Virus record (IMG/VR): IMGVR_UViG_3300035670_005978
Location: 1 to 47,672 of that record
From: a virus
Lineage: Duplodnaviria; Caudoviricetes
DNA length: 47,672 bases
Reading direction: 5' to 3' (one strand)
Shown: one piece after another, positions 18,889 to 28,370 of the stretch
How positions within the stretch are numbered: the stretch's first letter is position 1
Layout: every line of letters begins with the position of its first letter
Notes under the pieces: generated by a model
What the model saw: only the letters and a program-made list of their open reading frames with translations
What the model was told of the DNA's origin: nothing
Database searches by the model: none
Translations under genes and position numbers: made by a program

Positions 18889-19680
18889 ATGAAACCAATA
18901 TATGACATCCAGTTATCTTCTGCGGAAGGTACCCCAAATCACCTACAGCAATATAAAGGCAAAGTTACACTAGTTGCCAATACTACAGTTGGTTGCGGTA
19001 ACGCAAATCAGTTGGAAGTCCTACAAATGCTTCAAGATAAGTATAACAATGAAGAATTTGAAATTATTGCTGTCCCAACAAATGACTATTGTGGTCCAGG
19101 AGTTACTAAGGGCAAGTGGTCACAAGGAATTACCTGCGGTTTAGATTCAAAGGCTTATGGAGAAGAGGTTTATAATACAACATTTAAGTATTCAGAGATG
19201 GTTTCTTCTGTTCCACATGAGTTGTTGAATGAGGTTTTAGGTAATGGTCTTACAACTGGAACTAATGGATTGGGTCAACCAACACTACCACCACATGAGT
19301 TGTATGCAGAGATTTCATCTCAGATGGAGAAATTGAGATCTATGAGAGATTCTCTAGAAGATGGAAATGTTCATGGAAAATTTAAGTCCCCATGGTTAAA
19401 CATTGGATTCTATGATGGAGTTCAAATGGGCGGAAACTATGAAAAGTATTTAATAGACAAAGATGGATATGTCATGAAGCATTTTACATGCACAGTTCTA
19501 AACTATGACATTGAAAAAACTCTGAAAGATGCAATGATTGCAGAAGGAAAAGAGCCTAAAATGGGCGAAGATAGATCTCCTGAAATCTTTGAAGAAGAGT
19601 TTAACTTTGTTTGCTCTGAAATAGAGAAGGCAATAGCGGGAGCAAGATCTCCTTTAAACCCAGCATTAGTAAAAATATAA
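18889..19680 (+). CDS. glutathione peroxidase family protein (Cys type), leaderless
   Basis: YKGKVTLVAN..CG, AVPTNDY, NYEKYLIDKDG; TGtTATAAT-N6-ATG. Confidence 0.8.
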   Translation: MKPIYDIQLSSAEGTPNHLQQYKGKVTLVANTTVGCGNANQLEVLQMLQDKYNNEEFEIIAVPTNDYCGPGVTKGKWSQGITCGLDSKAYGEEVYNTTFKYSEMVSSVPHELLNEVLGNGLTTGTNGLGQPTLPPHELYAEISSQMEKLRSMRDSLEDGNVHGKFKSPWLNIGFYDGVQMGGNYEKYLIDKDGYVMKHFTCTVLNYDIEKTLKDAMIAEGKEPKMGEDRSPEIFEEEFNFVCSEIEKAIAGARSPLNPALVKI

Positions 19681-19692
19681 ATATTATAGTCC

Positions 19693-19721
19693 TTGACAGG
19701 CATAGTATAGTCTGATATAAT
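19693..19721 (+). promoter_or_regulatory. consensus sigma70 promoter for the endolysin
   Basis: TTGACA-N17-TATAAT; AAGGAGG RBS downstream. Confidence 0.8.
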
Positions 19722-19753
19722 ATAGTTGTGCTATATTAACAAGGAGGAAGCAT

Positions 19754-20392
19754 ATGTCCGTAAAAGGAAGTTTAGAGGCGATTATTGAGGTTGCCAGAAA
19801 AGAAATAGGTACAATCGAGGGACCTAAAGATAACGAAACAAAATATGGTAAGTGGACTGGAGTTAATTTTCAGCCATGGTGCCAATCATTCGTTTCTTGG
19901 TGTGCGTATACTGCAGGATTAAATCCAAAAAAGTATCCAAAGTCAGCGTCTACAGTAGCAGCATCAGATTGGTTTAAGAAGAATGATCGCTGGGCAGATG
20001 CTCGTAACGATGATCCAACTCCAGGAGACTGGATTTATTTTGATTTTCCAGATGACGGTGTTAATAGAATTTCGCATGTTGGTCTTTGCGTAAAGAACAA
20101 TGGAGACGGAACAATCCAAGTTATTGAGGGCAATACTTCTGGCACTGCAAAAGGAGACCAAAGAAACGGCGGAATGTGCGTAGAGAAGACTCGTGCATAT
20201 GTAAAGAATAATAAAAAGAAGTTGATTAATGCTGTTGTTGGATGGGGTCGTCCAGTGTACACTGGGGAAGAGAGCCTTCCACTTCTTAGCAAGGTAGGAT
20301 CTTCTGATGTAGCAACACCACAAAGTGCTGCTCCAAAGAAAAAGAAAAAGAAGTCTGCTGGTGGCGGAGGAAGACCACAGGTGGCATTATAA
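19754..20392 (+). CDS. CHAP-domain endolysin
   Basis: PWCQSFVSW, SHVG, IEGN catalytic motifs. Confidence 0.85.
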   Translation: MSVKGSLEAIIEVARKEIGTIEGPKDNETKYGKWTGVNFQPWCQSFVSWCAYTAGLNPKKYPKSASTVAASDWFKKNDRWADARNDDPTPGDWIYFDFPDDGVNRISHVGLCVKNNGDGTIQVIEGNTSGTAKGDQRNGGMCVEKTRAYVKNNKKKLINAVVGWGRPVYTGEESLPLLSKVGSSDVATPQSAAPKKKKKKSAGGGGRPQVAL

Positions 20393-20610
20393 TGGAATCA
20401 AAGAAAAAATCTTTATTAAAAACTATTAGTTGGCCATTTGTACACTTTACTTTTGTCTCTGGAATAATTTATTTTGTCCTAAAGTATTATACTGGAGAGG
20501 CAGAATGGGAATATGTAGGCCTTTATGGACTGTCGTATTTAACGCTAGAGATGACCTTCTTTTATATTCACGAAAGACTTTGGGCAAGATTTGGTAAAAG
20601 GGTAAAGTGA
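20392..20610 (+). CDS. DUF2061-like membrane protein
   Basis: KSLLKTISW...YIHERLW. Confidence 0.75.
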   Translation: MESKKKSLLKTISWPFVHFTFVSGIIYFVLKYYTGEAEWEYVGLYGLSYLTLEMTFFYIHERLWARFGKRVK

Positions 20611-20780
20611 TGGAAGCACTACTTGTTTATGCTGCTTTAGCATTAATTATTTCTGTTATTACAATTAAAGAAGATAGGCTAGAGAAAAAAATTTCTCAAG
20701 GATTTAACCCTAATGCGGTAGATCGTGACAAAGATGGTATCATACAAGAAGGAACAAAGTGGGAGAGAAAAGCAAAATGA
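20610..20780 (+). CDS. small membrane-anchored protein (56 aa)
   Basis: TM helix followed by NAVDRDKDGIIQEGTKWER; coupled start/stop. Confidence 0.65.
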   Translation: MEALLVYAALALIISVITIKEDRLEKKISQGFNPNAVDRDKDGIIQEGTKWERKAK

Positions 20781-20887
20781 GAATAAAAATTATTAAGTTT
20801 GTGGTAAAGGCTCTGGGATACGAATGGTCTGGAGATGAACTTAAACTTCCTGTTTGGTATGTAAAGGCTAAAAAAAAGAAAAAATAA
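20777..20887 (+). CDS. small basic protein (36 aa)
   Basis: ATGA and TAATG overlaps with its neighbours. Confidence 0.55.
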   Translation: MRIKIIKFVVKALGYEWSGDELKLPVWYVKAKKKKK

Positions 20888-21072
20888 TGCCATCATATGA
20901 ATATGACTGTGTGTCTTGTGATACAAGATATACAAAAGTTAGATCTATGTCCGATGAGGACCCAGGGTATAGGTGTGAAACTTGCAATAAAGGCTTAGTT
21001 CGTGTATACTCTAATATAGGAGTCACATTCAATGGCTCTGGGTTCTATAAAACTGACAATCGAAGGGTATAA
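20887..21072 (+). CDS. FmdB-family zinc ribbon protein
   Basis: MPSYEYDC..C...C..C...FNGSGFYKTD. Confidence 0.85.
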   Translation: MPSYEYDCVSCDTRYTKVRSMSDEDPGYRCETCNKGLVRVYSNIGVTFNGSGFYKTDNRRV

Positions 21073-21073
21073 T

Positions 21074-21304
21074 ATGTTTAGTATGTTAAAGTCAAAGGAA
21101 GAAGAAAAGACTTGGACTCTTGGCCCCCAGGATCGCTGTGATAAGTGTGGCGCTGAGGCTCTAGTTAAAGTCTCTGGAATTTCTGGAGAATTATTTTTCT
21201 GCGGACACCATTATAATAAAATTATGGATAACGCTGTTGGCTATGATAGCATGATGAAGTTTGCTATTTCTATTGTTGATGAGCGAGAAAAAATAAACCA
21301 GTAA
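21074..21304 (+). CDS. small zinc-binding protein
   Basis: DRCDKCGAEA...FCGHH; start uncertain (21074 or 21083). Confidence 0.65.
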   Translation: MFSMLKSKEEEKTWTLGPQDRCDKCGAEALVKVSGISGELFFCGHHYNKIMDNAVGYDSMMKFAISIVDEREKINQ

Positions 21305-22143
21305 TGAGGCTGCACTATATGCTAAGAGATCAACATTGTAATGTTGAAGAATTGAAGCATCTTTCCTACAGCCTAGAAGATTCTGGATATAAATCAGTTC
21401 TACTAACATTTCATTCTGCTCAGGCAGATTATTTTATAAAGTCTGCTGCTGCAATTATCCCAGGGCATAAATTAAAATATATGATAGCGCTAAGGCCATA
21501 TCATCTAAGTCCACAGTATTGCTCTATGATGACAATTGGACATAGCCAAGTAGACAAAGACAGACTTATGTTTAATTGGGTTGCTGGAGATTTTCACAAC
21601 AGAGAAGATGAGCCAGACCTGGAGTTTGATATTTTTGGAAAATCAGATTCCATAGACACAATAGAAAAAAGAATTAAGTTTTTAAGGGAATTTGTAAAGA
21701 TGTATAACATGTATTGTCCATCATCAGTAAAACCACCTATGGTATTTAGCGGTTTTCATGAGTATGCTTTGGATACTGTAAGAATATTTAATGGAACATC
21801 TCTAAGCAGTATAGATTCGTATAGAGACAATATTGATAGATTTTATGGAATTCAAAACATAATGGTTGCTGCTGTTGTTACTATATTAGAATCAAACGAT
21901 GAACTTGAAAAGTTTAATGAAAAGGTTCTTTCTGTTAATCCAGGGTATATACGTTATTCAATAATCGGAGACCACGAAACGGTAAAGGAGCAAATTCTTA
22001 AACTTAAAGATGAAAAAATAACTGATTTATTAATAATAACTAACAATATATATATGGATGATTTTTGGAATAAAGAAAATCATATTAGAGTTAATAAACT
22101 TGTTAAAGAAATAAACAGTGAAATTAACCAACATGCTAATTAA
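21304..22143 (+). CDS. luciferase-like monooxygenase family protein (divergent)
   Basis: GYKSVLL, KYMIALRPY, DRLMFNWVAG. Confidence 0.7.
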   Translation: MRLHYMLRDQHCNVEELKHLSYSLEDSGYKSVLLTFHSAQADYFIKSAAAIIPGHKLKYMIALRPYHLSPQYCSMMTIGHSQVDKDRLMFNWVAGDFHNREDEPDLEFDIFGKSDSIDTIEKRIKFLREFVKMYNMYCPSSVKPPMVFSGFHEYALDTVRIFNGTSLSSIDSYRDNIDRFYGIQNIMVAAVVTILESNDELEKFNEKVLSVNPGYIRYSIIGDHETVKEQILKLKDEKITDLLIITNNIYMDDFWNKENHIRVNKLVKEINSEINQHAN

Positions 22144-22714
22144 CAACAAGGAATATTCTGGTGTATTGTTTGTGCATATACCAAAAACTGCTGGATCTTC
22201 TATTTCTAAAATACTCTATGATAACAATCTAGACAACTGGAATAGAGCATGGCCAAGACATCATGACCCATACTCATATTTAGAGAGTGCAAATACAATA
22301 GATCACAACATATTCTCTTTCTCAGTTGTTAGAAACCCATATGCAAGAACATATAGTTGCTATAAGCAATACAACAAGACTAATAAAACAGAAATATCTT
22401 TTAAAGAGTATCTAGAAAATATATTAAAAAATATAATATCGCCAACAACCCCTCTGCTTCACTACCCTCAATCTTTTTACATTGCTGAAAATAATGAGAT
22501 ACAGGTTAATAAAGTATATAAGTTTGAAAATTTAAAAGAACTTGAGTCTGATTTTAACTGGAAGTTGGGTAGATATAATTTGGGCAATTATGATATAGAC
22601 TCCTATCTAAATGACTACACTAATGATATAATAGATATAGTTAAAATACTATACAAGGTTGACTTTGACTTGTTTAAATATAGTACAAACTTTGATGATT
22701 GGATGAGGCCGTAA
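22133..22714 (+). CDS. sulfotransferase (family 2)
   Basis: FVHIPKTAGSS PAPS loop, VRNPYAR..S.Y, Y..DFDLFKY. Confidence 0.85.
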   Translation: MLINNKEYSGVLFVHIPKTAGSSISKILYDNNLDNWNRAWPRHHDPYSYLESANTIDHNIFSFSVVRNPYARTYSCYKQYNKTNKTEISFKEYLENILKNIISPTTPLLHYPQSFYIAENNEIQVNKVYKFENLKELESDFNWKLGRYNLGNYDIDSYLNDYTNDIIDIVKILYKVDFDLFKYSTNFDDWMRP

Positions 22715-23278
22715 ATGAGAAAAACTAGCGAAGACTTTAATTTTAAAAAGCATGCAACCTATGATGTTGAAGCAATAAAAAATCATATTTCAAATTTTTC
22801 TAGCGAGTGGCTATTAGACACATCAAGACAAGACAACTACGATGTTCACAAAGATACAGTTTCATATTTTGTTTATAGGGCCAACCTTCTTTGGAAGGGC
22901 GGTGATTTGTTTTTGGTAAAGAAAGAATCAAATGATGAAAAATTAATTGAGATCCTTGAGCCTATTATAAAAAATTTAGAGGAAATTCATAACGGTACTA
23001 GGGGAATGGTGTTGCTAATCAAGTTAAAAGCAAGACAAGACATATCAATACATTTTGACTCTGGAGATTATCTTATGTTTTCTAGACGAAATCACATACC
23101 AATAGTAACCTCAGATAATGTATTTTTTGGGGTAGGAAATGAAAAAATAAGTATGCAGGCTGGAGAGTGCTGGGAGATTAATAATTCAAGACCACATCTT
23201 GTAGAAAATAATAGTGACATAGATAGAGTTCATTTGCTTATTGACATAATGCCAAACGAAGAGTTGGGTACAAGATGA
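22715..23278 (+). CDS. aspartyl/asparaginyl beta-hydroxylase-like 2OG-Fe(II) oxygenase
   Basis: HFD...RNHIPI...WEINN..PH.V.N..RVHLLID. Confidence 0.8.
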   Translation: MRKTSEDFNFKKHATYDVEAIKNHISNFSSEWLLDTSRQDNYDVHKDTVSYFVYRANLLWKGGDLFLVKKESNDEKLIEILEPIIKNLEEIHNGTRGMVLLIKLKARQDISIHFDSGDYLMFSRRNHIPIVTSDNVFFGVGNEKISMQAGECWEINNSRPHLVENNSDIDRVHLLIDIMPNEELGTR

Positions 23279-24033
23279 TTATACAAATTATAGGACTTCC
23301 TGGGTCTGGCAAAACAGCATTAGCAGTTGCACTTAAAGAACGCATCAACGCTATTCATCTTAATGCAGACGAGGTTAGGTCTACCGTTAATTCAGATCTT
23401 TTTTTCACTCCCGCCGATAGAATCGAACAAGCAAGGCGTATGGGAGAAATGGCAAGGCTAATTGCTAAACAAAATGTTGCTCCAGTAATTGTAGACTTTG
23501 TTTGTCCAACAGATGAAACAAGGAGTGCATTTGGCTTTGCTGATGTTATTGTGTGGGTTGACAGAATAAAAGAAGGAAGGTTTGAGGACACTAACAAACT
23601 TTGGAGAGATCCTATAAACTTTCATATCAGAATTCTTGATGGGTACACTGTAGAGCAAGAAGTAGACACAATATTGCAGGCTTGTGGTCTATTTGATTGG
23701 TCTGCTCCTACTACCCTGCAACTTGGCAGATATCAGCCTTGGCATGAGGGTCATCAGGCTCTTAAGAATGAGGCACATAAAAGAACTGATCAGGTATTAG
23801 TTGGTGTACGCAACACTTATAATACATCAGAAAAGGATCCATTGATGTATGATGAGGTTTCGGGGTATATAAAGAAAGATAATCCATACAAAAATACATT
23901 AATTCTAAGACTACCAAACATCACAAACATTGTTTATGGCCGTGATGTAGGATACAAGATTGAACAAGTAGATTTGGGGGCAGACATTCATGCTATATCG
24001 GCTACGCAAAAGCGTAAAGAAATGGGTATCTAA
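23275..24033 (+). CDS. cysC: adenylyl-sulfate kinase fused to an HxGH nucleotidyltransferase domain
   Basis: GLPGSGKT, NADEVR, DRIEQARR; C-terminal GRYQPWHEGH and ISAT. Confidence 0.75.
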   Translation: MIIQIIGLPGSGKTALAVALKERINAIHLNADEVRSTVNSDLFFTPADRIEQARRMGEMARLIAKQNVAPVIVDFVCPTDETRSAFGFADVIVWVDRIKEGRFEDTNKLWRDPINFHIRILDGYTVEQEVDTILQACGLFDWSAPTTLQLGRYQPWHEGHQALKNEAHKRTDQVLVGVRNTYNTSEKDPLMYDEVSGYIKKDNPYKNTLILRLPNITNIVYGRDVGYKIEQVDLGADIHAISATQKRKEMGI

Positions 24034-24082
24034 GTTGTGGGACTGGCTCACTAAACCAAGTAATATGGAGTGGCCATCATGA
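23990..24082 (+). CDS. possible overlapping 30-aa peptide
   Basis: MLYRLRKSVKKWVSKLWDWLTKPSNMEWPS; ATGA-coupled to the next gene and fills the gap. Confidence 0.3.
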   Translation: MLYRLRKSVKKWVSKLWDWLTKPSNMEWPS

Positions 24083-24282
24083 GCGTAACAAAATCTAGAT
24101 CTGCAGTAAAAGCAATCACCTGGAGAGTAGTTGGTACTGCAGATACATTCGTTATATCCTGGTTTATTACTAAAAAGCCAGTAGTTGCTGCAAGCATAGC
24201 AAGTTTAGAAGTTATTACTAAGACTATTCTTTATTATTTTCATGAGCGTGGATGGAATAAAATACAGTGGGGTAGAAAGTAA
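24079..24282 (+). CDS. DUF2061-like membrane protein
   Basis: RSAVKAITWR...YYFHERGW..I.WG. Confidence 0.8.
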   Translation: MSVTKSRSAVKAITWRVVGTADTFVISWFITKKPVVAASIASLEVITKTILYYFHERGWNKIQWGRK

Positions 24283-25826
24283 TGACAAAAAAAATAGTTG
24301 TGGTTGGCGGAGGAACTGCTGGTTGGCTTACAGCGCTTAAAGCGCAGCGATCATATCCAGACCTAGACATAACAGTTATAGAATCAACAGAGATAGGAAT
24401 TTTGGGTGCAGGAGAAGGCTCTACGCCATACCTTACAGACTTTTTAAATCATTTAGATATACCATTGTCAGACTTAATCAAAAATTGTGATGCAACAATA
24501 AAAAACGGAATTAAGTTTACAAACTGGAATAATGATGGAAGATTTTATTACCACGGTTTTTCTACAACTGATAAACAACTTGGTTTTGATGCTTTAAGTG
24601 ATAGATATTTATCAAATAGTCCACTAATGGTAGCAAGCCTGTCTTTAAATAATAGCGTAAATGAGATAGACTTCATGGAAAAAATTTCAGAAAAGAAAAA
24701 AGTTCCTTTTGTTTTAGAAAATAATAAGGTAGACTTTGGGTTTGTTTCTAAAAAAGATCCTATTTTTGACTATAAAAAAATAGGCAACATATCTATACAT
24801 TTTAATGCCACAAAATTAGCAAATAGGCTAAAGGAAATAGGAACCGAAAGAGGAATAAAACTAATAGATGGCACTATAAAAAATATTTCATTGGGTGAAA
24901 ATGGATATATAAGTAGTTTACTTTTAGAAAATAATGAAAACATTTTATGTGATTTTGTTTTTGACTGTAGTGGATTTCATAGATTAATTATTGGTAAAGT
25001 ATATAATGCCAAATGGAACAGTTATAAAGACTTTCTTCCTGTTGATTCTGCCATTCCATTTTTTATTGATATGGAAGATAAAATACCGCCATATACAGAG
25101 GCAATAGCAATGAAGTATGGATGGATGTGGAAAATACCACTTCAAACAAGATTCGGTTGCGGGTATGTATATGATTCATCTCTTATATCTGAAAAAGATG
25201 CAATAAAAGAAATAGAAGAATTTCTGGGATATGAGCCAATATACCCTAGAAAAGACAAGGGTGGGTTTCAATTTAATGCTGGATGCTATGAAGAACCGTG
25301 GATAAATAATTGTGTAGCAATAGGACTCGCAGCAAACTTTATTGAACCATTAGAGGCAACATCTATTTGGGTAAGTATAGTACAATTATCACAAATATTC
25401 GACAACCCTCTATGGATAAGTGGTAACTCTGAAGAAATAAGAAAAGAATTTAATAACAATATATTAAAAATGAACAATAGCATTTCTGATTTTATTTATT
25501 TTCATTATATAACATTAAGAAAAGACACAGATTTTTGGAAAAAATTCTCTTATGAAAAGTCACCAAAAAATTTAAAAGAAAAAATGGATAAGTGGGGCAG
25601 TAGGCTACCTAATAGTTTAGATGCTGGTAATGAATGGACAATAAACAGTTGGATATTTGTTGGATCTGCACACGATACAATAAATAAAGATGTTGCTAAA
25701 ACATACACAGAAAACTCTCCTGACTATAAAAAGGGAGTTGACATGTATGACTATTACAATAACTATCAAAATTATAAAATAGCAGAGTGTATGGATCATA
25801 GACAATTTTTAGAAAGTTTAAAATGA
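24282..25826 (+). CDS. flavin-dependent tryptophan halogenase family protein
   Basis: GGGTAGW, GAGEGSTP, ATIK, DCSGF, GWMWKIP, FIEPLEATS. Confidence 0.9.
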   Translation: MTKKIVVVGGGTAGWLTALKAQRSYPDLDITVIESTEIGILGAGEGSTPYLTDFLNHLDIPLSDLIKNCDATIKNGIKFTNWNNDGRFYYHGFSTTDKQLGFDALSDRYLSNSPLMVASLSLNNSVNEIDFMEKISEKKKVPFVLENNKVDFGFVSKKDPIFDYKKIGNISIHFNATKLANRLKEIGTERGIKLIDGTIKNISLGENGYISSLLLENNENILCDFVFDCSGFHRLIIGKVYNAKWNSYKDFLPVDSAIPFFIDMEDKIPPYTEAIAMKYGWMWKIPLQTRFGCGYVYDSSLISEKDAIKEIEEFLGYEPIYPRKDKGGFQFNAGCYEEPWINNCVAIGLAANFIEPLEATSIWVSIVQLSQIFDNPLWISGNSEEIRKEFNNNILKMNNSISDFIYFHYITLRKDTDFWKKFSYEKSPKNLKEKMDKWGSRLPNSLDAGNEWTINSWIFVGSAHDTINKDVAKTYTENSPDYKKGVDMYDYYNNYQNYKIAECMDHRQFLESLK

Positions 25827-26107
25827 AAACAAGACCAGGCTGGTATCATTCTCTTAAAACTATGGGGAAAATAGAATACTGGAACAAACCAAACACTGTT
25901 GAGTTTTTTGCATTTGTCGCCAAAGCAATAATTATTATCCCAGGACTATTATTTGACAAGCAGTGGTGGTGGCTTTATATTTTTGCCCTGGTTTCAAGCC
26001 TAATGTTAATATGGTCTTCTACTGTAAAAACCATACCAACCTTAATCTGGTTCAATATCCTCTGGACAATTCTGGCTATAACTGCTATAATTAAGTATTG
26101 GGTCTAA
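25823..26107 (+). CDS. small multi-TM membrane protein
   Basis: Three hydrophobic segments; coupled to the halogenase gene. Confidence 0.7.
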   Translation: MKTRPGWYHSLKTMGKIEYWNKPNTVEFFAFVAKAIIIIPGLLFDKQWWWLYIFALVSSLMLIWSSTVKTIPTLIWFNILWTILAITAIIKYWV

Positions 26108-26117
26108 GGAGGCTTGT

Positions 26118-26525
26118 ATGTATACATATTATGTAAGAAAAGTAGAAAACGTAGTAGATGGAGATACCATTGACGTTTTAATTGATTTAGGATTTGACAT
26201 TTTGTTTTCATCTCGTGTAAGGCTGGCTGGTATTGATACCCCTGAGTCTCGCACATCAGATAAAGCAGAAAAGGTTTTAGGTCTTGAGTCAAAAGAATAT
26301 TTAAAAAAGTTTCTTAAAGATGCAAAGTCAGTTATCATTAAAACTGAAAAAATGGACTCTTCAGAAAAGTATGGCAGAATACTTGGATGGATATATGTTA
26401 ATGAGGATACTGTCTCAGTCAATGATCATATGATTAATGATGGATATGCCTGGGGCTATCTTGGGGATACCAAGGTAAAAGATTTTGATGCTTTAGCAAA
26501 AGCAAGAAAGAAGTCTGGAAAGTGA
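26118..26525 (+). CDS. staphylococcal nuclease (SNase) homolog
   Basis: VVDGDT, RLAGIDTPE, KYGRILG. Confidence 0.9.
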   Translation: MYTYYVRKVENVVDGDTIDVLIDLGFDILFSSRVRLAGIDTPESRTSDKAEKVLGLESKEYLKKFLKDAKSVIIKTEKMDSSEKYGRILGWIYVNEDTVSVNDHMINDGYAWGYLGDTKVKDFDALAKARKKSGK

Positions 26526-26854
26526 GAGATTCAGAAAGAATATTTCAAAAATTAATTTTAACTGGAGGGTTGAGGTTTGCTGGTAAAGATCCAGAAACTG
26601 GGGAAAATATGTATGTAAAAACAGAAATGTTAAAAGACATTGACCCCAAACTAGACAATGCTATCGGCAGTTACTTTTCAGAAGTTACTATGACACTTTG
26701 GGAAAAAGGTTTTATAGATATGGATGTGACAGATGCAAATCCAATTGTTAAAATTAATAAAAAATCTTTTGATCAAAGCCAAGTTAAAATGTTGGATGCA
26801 AACGAAAGGTCTACTCTTAAACAACTTCTAAAAATTATTGCTGATAAACGATGA
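26522..26854 (+). CDS. hypothetical protein
   Basis: 110-aa ORF with GTGA overlap. Confidence 0.7.
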   Translation: MRDSERIFQKLILTGGLRFAGKDPETGENMYVKTEMLKDIDPKLDNAIGSYFSEVTMTLWEKGFIDMDVTDANPIVKINKKSFDQSQVKMLDANERSTLKQLLKIIADKR

Positions 26855-26866
26855 TAGAATAAGTTT

Positions 26867-27295
26867 ATGGGGGCACCTATGAATAATTTGCTTGGGGCAG
26901 TCTTATTAACAGGAATAATTGTACTAGGGGTATCTATTTATATTATTAAGAGTCGCAAAAGTTATATGCCTAGACAAATTGTAAGCCAGGCAATGCTTCA
27001 TCATAGATATGCGGGTGCTAAAAAATATAAAAGAAAAATGAAAGCAAAAACCCAATCTGCTAAACATCAGGACGACTCTACTACCAAAGTTATAGTTGTA
27101 GACGATGAGGCCTATTGGATCAAAAATAACACATTTTATAAAGCGCCTCTGGTTAATGAAAGAATTGATAAAGATTCTGCGGAAAGAGTTGACACAAGTA
27201 ACATGGATAAGGTACAATTAGATAAGATGTTGTTCATAGTAGACAAACTAACAGAAGGGACAAGTGATGATAGTCGGGGTTCAGGGAACGCCTAA
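26867..27295 (+). CDS. membrane-anchored hypothetical protein, probably leaderless
   Basis: N-terminal TM; TGaTAGAAT-N6-ATG. Confidence 0.7.
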   Translation: MGAPMNNLLGAVLLTGIIVLGVSIYIIKSRKSYMPRQIVSQAMLHHRYAGAKKYKRKMKAKTQSAKHQDDSTTKVIVVDDEAYWIKNNTFYKAPLVNERIDKDSAERVDTSNMDKVQLDKMLFIVDKLTEGTSDDSRGSGNA

Positions 27296-27617
27296 CTTCA
27301 ACAACTATAATATTTTCCTTAGAGCAATGGCTGTTGCTTTGTCTGAATTAAAAGACAACGAAAAAGAATTTTATTTATATTCTGTTGGTCCAGGCAATAT
27401 TAATGATATGGCAATGGAGTTTGTAAATCTTTCTGAAAGGGGTATGAAGTCTAGAGGAAAGCAGATCAAATTGTTTAGGGTTACACCTCAATGGTTTGAA
27501 GAAAATGTTGATAGTTTTAACCATTTTGTTTTTGTTTCAAATCCAAAAGAAAGAACTTCAAACCTGGTTAGTTTATCAAAATCAAAAAATATAAATACTA
27601 ATGTATACAACTTTTAG
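27267..27617 (+). CDS. hypothetical protein, possibly SLOG/YspA-like
   Basis: IVGVQGT..FNNY start resembles SLOG folds; weak assignment. Confidence 0.6.
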   Translation: MIVGVQGTPNFNNYNIFLRAMAVALSELKDNEKEFYLYSVGPGNINDMAMEFVNLSERGMKSRGKQIKLFRVTPQWFEENVDSFNHFVFVSNPKERTSNLVSLSKSKNINTNVYNF

Positions 27618-27625
27618 GGGGGGGT

Positions 27626-27841
27626 ATGATGAAAACAATTAAATCTCTTGAGGAAATGGAAACTATTGTTTCTAAAAACAAAAATTTATCTTGGGATGGT
27701 TGGAATGTTATTGAGATGCTAAAGTCAGATAAGGCTTTTACATCAAAGTATGGTGCAAGAAAAAACGGTGCATGGTACTTGAAAAAAACTTTTGTCGTTT
27801 CTAGAAACGGATGGGAAATACCTGACAAGTATGTAGCATAA
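27626..27841 (+). CDS. hypothetical protein
   Basis: 71-aa Trp-rich ORF with G-rich RBS. Confidence 0.7.
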   Translation: MMKTIKSLEEMETIVSKNKNLSWDGWNVIEMLKSDKAFTSKYGARKNGAWYLKKTFVVSRNGWEIPDKYVA

Positions 27842-27843
27842 CT

Positions 27844-28125
27844 ATGAATAAGCATGAGTGGAAAGATGATGCTGCATGTCTAGACTACGACACAAATGTA
27901 TTTTTTGATAAATACGAAGAAGATGAATTACTTAGGCCTGCTGTTGACCTACTTTGTTCTAAATGTCCAGTAAGAAAAGATTGTTTTTCTGTTGGAATTT
28001 CTGGCAAAGAGTGGGGCGTATGGGGCGGGGTATATTTAGAAAATGGAGAAATATCTAAAGAATTCTCTAACCACAAGACAAAGGCTGATTGGGGGCTTAC
28101 ATGGCAATCTCTAACAATGGAGTAG
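27844..28125 (+). CDS. whiB: WhiB-family Fe-S transcription factor
   Basis: WKDDAAC...FF...CSKCPVRKDC...GVWGG. Confidence 0.92.
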   Translation: MNKHEWKDDAACLDYDTNVFFDKYEEDELLRPAVDLLCSKCPVRKDCFSVGISGKEWGVWGGVYLENGEISKEFSNHKTKADWGLTWQSLTME

Positions 28126-28370
28126 TATATACAGATGCTATGAGAAGAGCATTTAGATCATTAGATCACCTTGCCCCAAAGGGGTTTGGTTTGGATATTA
28201 TAGAACATCAAGAAGGATTTATTACTGTTAGGGCATCAGAAAAATCTTTTATGCTGTTAAGTCATGATGACAAGATTCGTGCTGCTAATTATATGATTAA
28301 AACAAAAAAGGCCCTTGAGGCTAATGGTGCTATAGTTCAATTAGTTAGAGAAGGTGGTAAAGAACTATGA
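28089..28370 (+). CDS. hypothetical protein (start uncertain)
   Basis: ORF between whiB and the next gene. Confidence 0.6.
   Translation: MGAYMAISNNGVVYTDAMRRAFRSLDHLAPKGFGLDIIEHQEGFITVRASEKSFMLLSHDDKIRAANYMIKTKKALEANGAIVQLVREGGKEL

Noticed and set aside
18889-19680. Selenocysteine in the glutathione peroxidase
   Set aside because: The active-site codon is TGC (Cys) and there is no in-frame TGA
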